This document shows positions 62,690 through 64,000 of a stretch of DNA of 64,000 nucleotides, piece by piece. A model generated the notes under the pieces. It saw only the letters and a program-made list of their open reading frames with translations. It was not told the DNA's origin and made no database searches. Positions within the stretch are counted from its first letter, which is position 1. Every line of letters begins with the position of its first letter. The position numbers were made by a program, and so were the translations under genes. The DNA is from Lama glama (taxonomy: Eukaryota): assembly GCA_028534125.1 (NCBI GenBank), contig CM052818.1, forward strand, positions 42,596,001-42,660,000, given 5' to 3'.

Positions 62690-62930
62690 TTTTTGTGTCC
62701 TTACTACATACAAGGCCCTGTTCCAGGTGCGTTGTCTGTATTAACTTCCTCCCAACCATCCTAGCATGTAGATGCTACCATTATCCCCATTGTAAAGACG
62801 CTTTAACTGAGTCAAGGAGATGTGGAATACGTTGCTGGGAGTCACGCGGATAGAAGGTAACAGCTCAGGCAGCCAGGGCCATGCGACTCCCCAGCCCTTG
62901 TTCTTGGAGTCTACGTGGTGCTGTTTGCTG
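62690..62930 (-). mobile_element. MIR SINE
   Basis: ttactac....aggccctgttccaggtgc...cctcccaaccatcct..catgtagatgctaccattatccccatt. Confidence 0.7.
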
Positions 62931-63444
62931 CTTTACAGTCTAGAATTTCACTTTAATTCTCACCACTGCATCCTTGTAATGAAGGTCTCTTTTTCCAGTT
63001 AGTAGAGAGGGGGTTTGAGTCTCAGAAAAGTTAAGGAACTGACCAAGACTCAAGCATCTGTTAGAAATGGGGGAACTGGATTTGCAGGGAGGCTGTTGGT
63101 GTATCTGAGCTACACTTCGGTTTATCTTGTGAACCCTGAAGGAGTGTATTGATGGTCTAAGAGCAAGGGAGACCTGGGTTCATGTCTTCACTTTATCATT
63201 TGGTAACTATATGATCTCAGCTAAGGCACCTGTTGGGGTGTCAGTTTCCTCATTTGTGGAAAAAACTGGCCTTTGCCCTCAAATGCCACTCCTCACTGGA
63301 AGGAGTCCAGCCTTGAGACCAAGGAGACCAAGGCTGTGCCTCCAGTTTCTCCACTCACTGCTTGCTGCCAGGTGTCCTCCAGGAAGCTAAAAAACAACTT
63401 TGTAAATGTCAGTCTCCTTTGTCTACAAAACAGGCATTATAAGT

Positions 63445-63980
63445 GCTGAGGACCAATTCTTGGATCTTTCAGGTTTCTACACATCGAGGTATTATTGGCC
63501 AAACTGTTTCAGACCATCTTTTCAAGAATGTTTATATAAGCAAACGGCCCCGGCAACATACGGTGACTCCGTCCGCCGCATGTTTATAATCCCATTTGGG
63601 AGATAAAGATGGAGCTGGCTCCCTTCCCTCCCCAGGGTGGACCCGCTCACATTTCAGGGTAAGGAGGATAACAGATCTCCAGAGGGGAAGCTGGGGAGCT
63701 TGGCCGGAATTGCTATATGAGAACAGAGCCTCCTACTCTCAGGGTTCCTGAAGCACGTCACTGATGTGACATTTCTTAGTCAAAGTGCATAAGGAGTGGG
63801 TGTGCCTTCCTTGTCCTTTGCCCTCACTCACTGAATGGGCGGGACACCGATAACCGAGGACCAGGGGCTCTGTAAGACGAGGAAGCCTGGGTTCCTAAAC
63901 ACACGGTGGAAGGCTGCCCAACCACAGGTGCCCACGGTGGACGCTGATATGAGTGAGCAAAGAAGTTTTACTGTGTTACA
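63445..63980 (+). mobile_element. Probable ancient ERVL-type LTR (family uncertain)
   Basis: ccatcttttcaagaatgtttatataagcaaac.gcc and ctcagggttcct motifs resemble old eutherian LTRs. Confidence 0.4.
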
Positions 63981-64000
63981 CCACTTAGAATTCAAGGTTT

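Noticed and set aside
14240..62814. Roughly a dozen AP-1 (TGASTCA) sites
   Set aside because: About 8 are expected by chance in 64 kb under a uniform model, so they are not clearly enriched or clustered.
1..64000. CRISPR array, operon or prokaryotic-type system; naming a host gene
   Set aside because: The sequence is mammalian with no repeat-spacer arrays, and I recognised no exon of a known gene, so no symbol is assigned.

Overview
This is mammalian, repeat-dense, non-coding DNA (intergenic or deep intronic). It is most likely from a camelid, inferred from Vic-1-type tRNA-derived SINEs and a young camelid-type L1 3' UTR. I could not support any host protein-coding gene, structural RNA gene or CRISPR array. 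The recognisable ORFs are decayed LINE-1, LINE-2 or hAT transposon remnants, or artefacts of a 500-N gap (18964-19463). Identifiable content includes many ancient MIR/L2 fragments, MaLR/ERVL/ERV1 LTRs, MER5 MITEs and L1 insertions of several ages. Several L1s have readable target-site duplications (TSDs), two have 5' inversions, and one has an in-frame EN-to-RT internal deletion. The most notable non-repeat signal is a CpG-rich promoter-like block at ~16.3-16.8 kb carrying a GC box and two ISRE/IRF motifs. It has a minus-strand splice donor and possible downstream exons at 743-418 and 88-48, which suggests a candidate interferon-responsive lncRNA or microprotein locus. I found no convincing evidence of a new multi-gene system. 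Repeat family names come from recognising consensus sequences by eye, and most repeat boundaries are approximate.
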